The position numbers and the translations under genes were made by a program. A stretch of 64,000 bases of DNA from Ptychomitrium polyphyllum. Taxonomy: Eukaryota. The first letter of the stretch is position 1. Each line of letters starts with the position of its first letter. The stretch is from assembly GCA_973851085.1 (NCBI GenBank), contig OZ316775.1, forward strand, positions 22,258,001 through 22,322,000, in the 5' to 3' direction. Of this stretch, positions 62,631 to 64,000 are shown piece by piece. The notes beneath the pieces are model-generated. The model saw nothing but the letters and a program-made list of their open reading frames with translations, was not told where the DNA came from and made no database searches.

Positions 62631-64000
62631 GTGTAAGCATTATAGAGGCTCTAGCAATTTTGCATTAGTTGTTCGCGTGCCTACTGGTATTGGTTTTCAG
62701 TATGGTAATGGAGGACCTTGTTCGTCTTCACTTGATGTTGGTATTGTGCGCACTCAGATTTGAGTTACTTAACGTGCTATTGAAGTCCAATATCGGGATA
62801 GGGCTACTGATGAAGATCGGTTAAATCCTTCCGTGCGTTAAGGACTAGACTTAGGTTTTTTAATAGTGCATTATTTGTTTGGAGGTCCCATAATTCCGTA
62901 ACCATAACTGGAGCTACTTGATTAGCCAATCACATTCATCAATGACAAGTTTTGTTGGAAAGGCTAATTGCTCAAAATTGACGTGATCTTCTATCTATAG
63001 CAGTATGGTTTCTAATTGATATTGTATAGCTTTCTAAAGGTTCTGTAAGTTATAGTCTATGTAGGAGATATAGTGGATATAGTTGATAGATTAGAGTGTA
63101 GTAATGGGAAGGGAATTGGAGGTTGAATCAATGATAGTAGGTTTGGAAAAAAAAGGAGGATTAGCGGAGGTACAAGATGGAATAGGTATAGGAAGAATGG
63201 TAGAAGCAGGGGGCGTGGGATACTTGGGTACTCGAGAAATGATGTGTGGAGAAGGAAGTTCGATAATTAGGTCCGATACCTTAGTAGGAGGAAAAGGAGG
63301 TTTAGAAGTATGCGGAACAAGAGGAATTGTGTAGATTAATGGTATTGGAGTGGACGCGGAGGATATTCGATGGATTTGGCGCTTGCAAGATTTATGTACT
63401 AGGTTTTTAAGAGACTCCCGGGCTCATTTGGCACCACGTGCAAATGTGGTTTGGAACCGGAATTGCATTCTAGAAGGTCCTGCATCAATAAGATTGGTAG
63501 TTTGTGTTTTTAGTGATTGAGAGCACGGCTCTGTAGAAGCAATATCCGCCAAAGAGTCAAACTGAGAAGCCGTATCTATTAACAAAAAGAGGAGTTTGTG
63601 CCAAATCTCAAAGGCAGTATTAAATAAGACTCTGCCATTCTAAATTTTTTAGAAATTCAATGACTAGGTTATTGTATATGGTAGTGAGCCATGCCCATTG
63701 GCCAAGGCCGGTAGCTAGATCAGTCAGTAGTGATAGAAAATTAACATTTCTATTCGACATATAAGTGACATTTTTCTAAAAAATATGCTTTGAAGAATAT
63801 TGCGCTTTTTGGAAACTAAATGCTTGGATCCTTGTTGAATCCTCCAACTCTTTTTTTTTCTTGGTGCAAGGTCAGTAACTTCTAAGAATCAGCCGAATGT
63901 TACTAATGAACAAACGGTATTTATCGGTCCGTCTTTGAGATGAAGAACATTGCAAATCATGCCGATTGTGATAAGACTTTGTTTGTTGGAAATGGTTCCG

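Noticed and set aside
62631..64000. Possible decayed minus-strand gag-like, proline-rich retroelement sequence
   Set aside because: No diagnostic motif or terminus is visible within the window.

Overview
Eukaryotic land-plant DNA; a moss or other bryophyte is inferred from the retroelement lineages. Layout: (1) 1-3.2 kb holds a possible small spliced minus-strand gene with a GC-rich upstream island. (2) 3.2-24.3 kb is AT-rich, CpG-depleted DNA with decayed repeats, a foldback element and unidentifiable gene-like patches. (3) An intact 10-exon AUGMIN subunit 5 gene (AUG5/HAUS5, minus strand, 35148..30286, 818 aa) is followed about 180 bp downstream by a frameshifted stand-alone copy of an ASHH2/SDG8-like helical domain. 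(4) 38.5-64 kb is a nested LTR-retrotransposon cluster. An old non-chromovirus gypsy is interrupted by a Tcn1-like chromovirus, whose 5' LTR holds a Ty1/copia element. Two 1145-bp solo LTRs of another family, each with a perfect 5-bp TSD, sit in the copia and chromovirus coding regions. The most notable signals are the detached ASHH2-like domain; the chromovirus self-priming PBS, -1 frameshift pseudoknot and extra 3' ORF; and a ~120-130 bp dyad module with matching geometry in unrelated repeats. All protein assignments are by motif recognition from memory; no searches were run.
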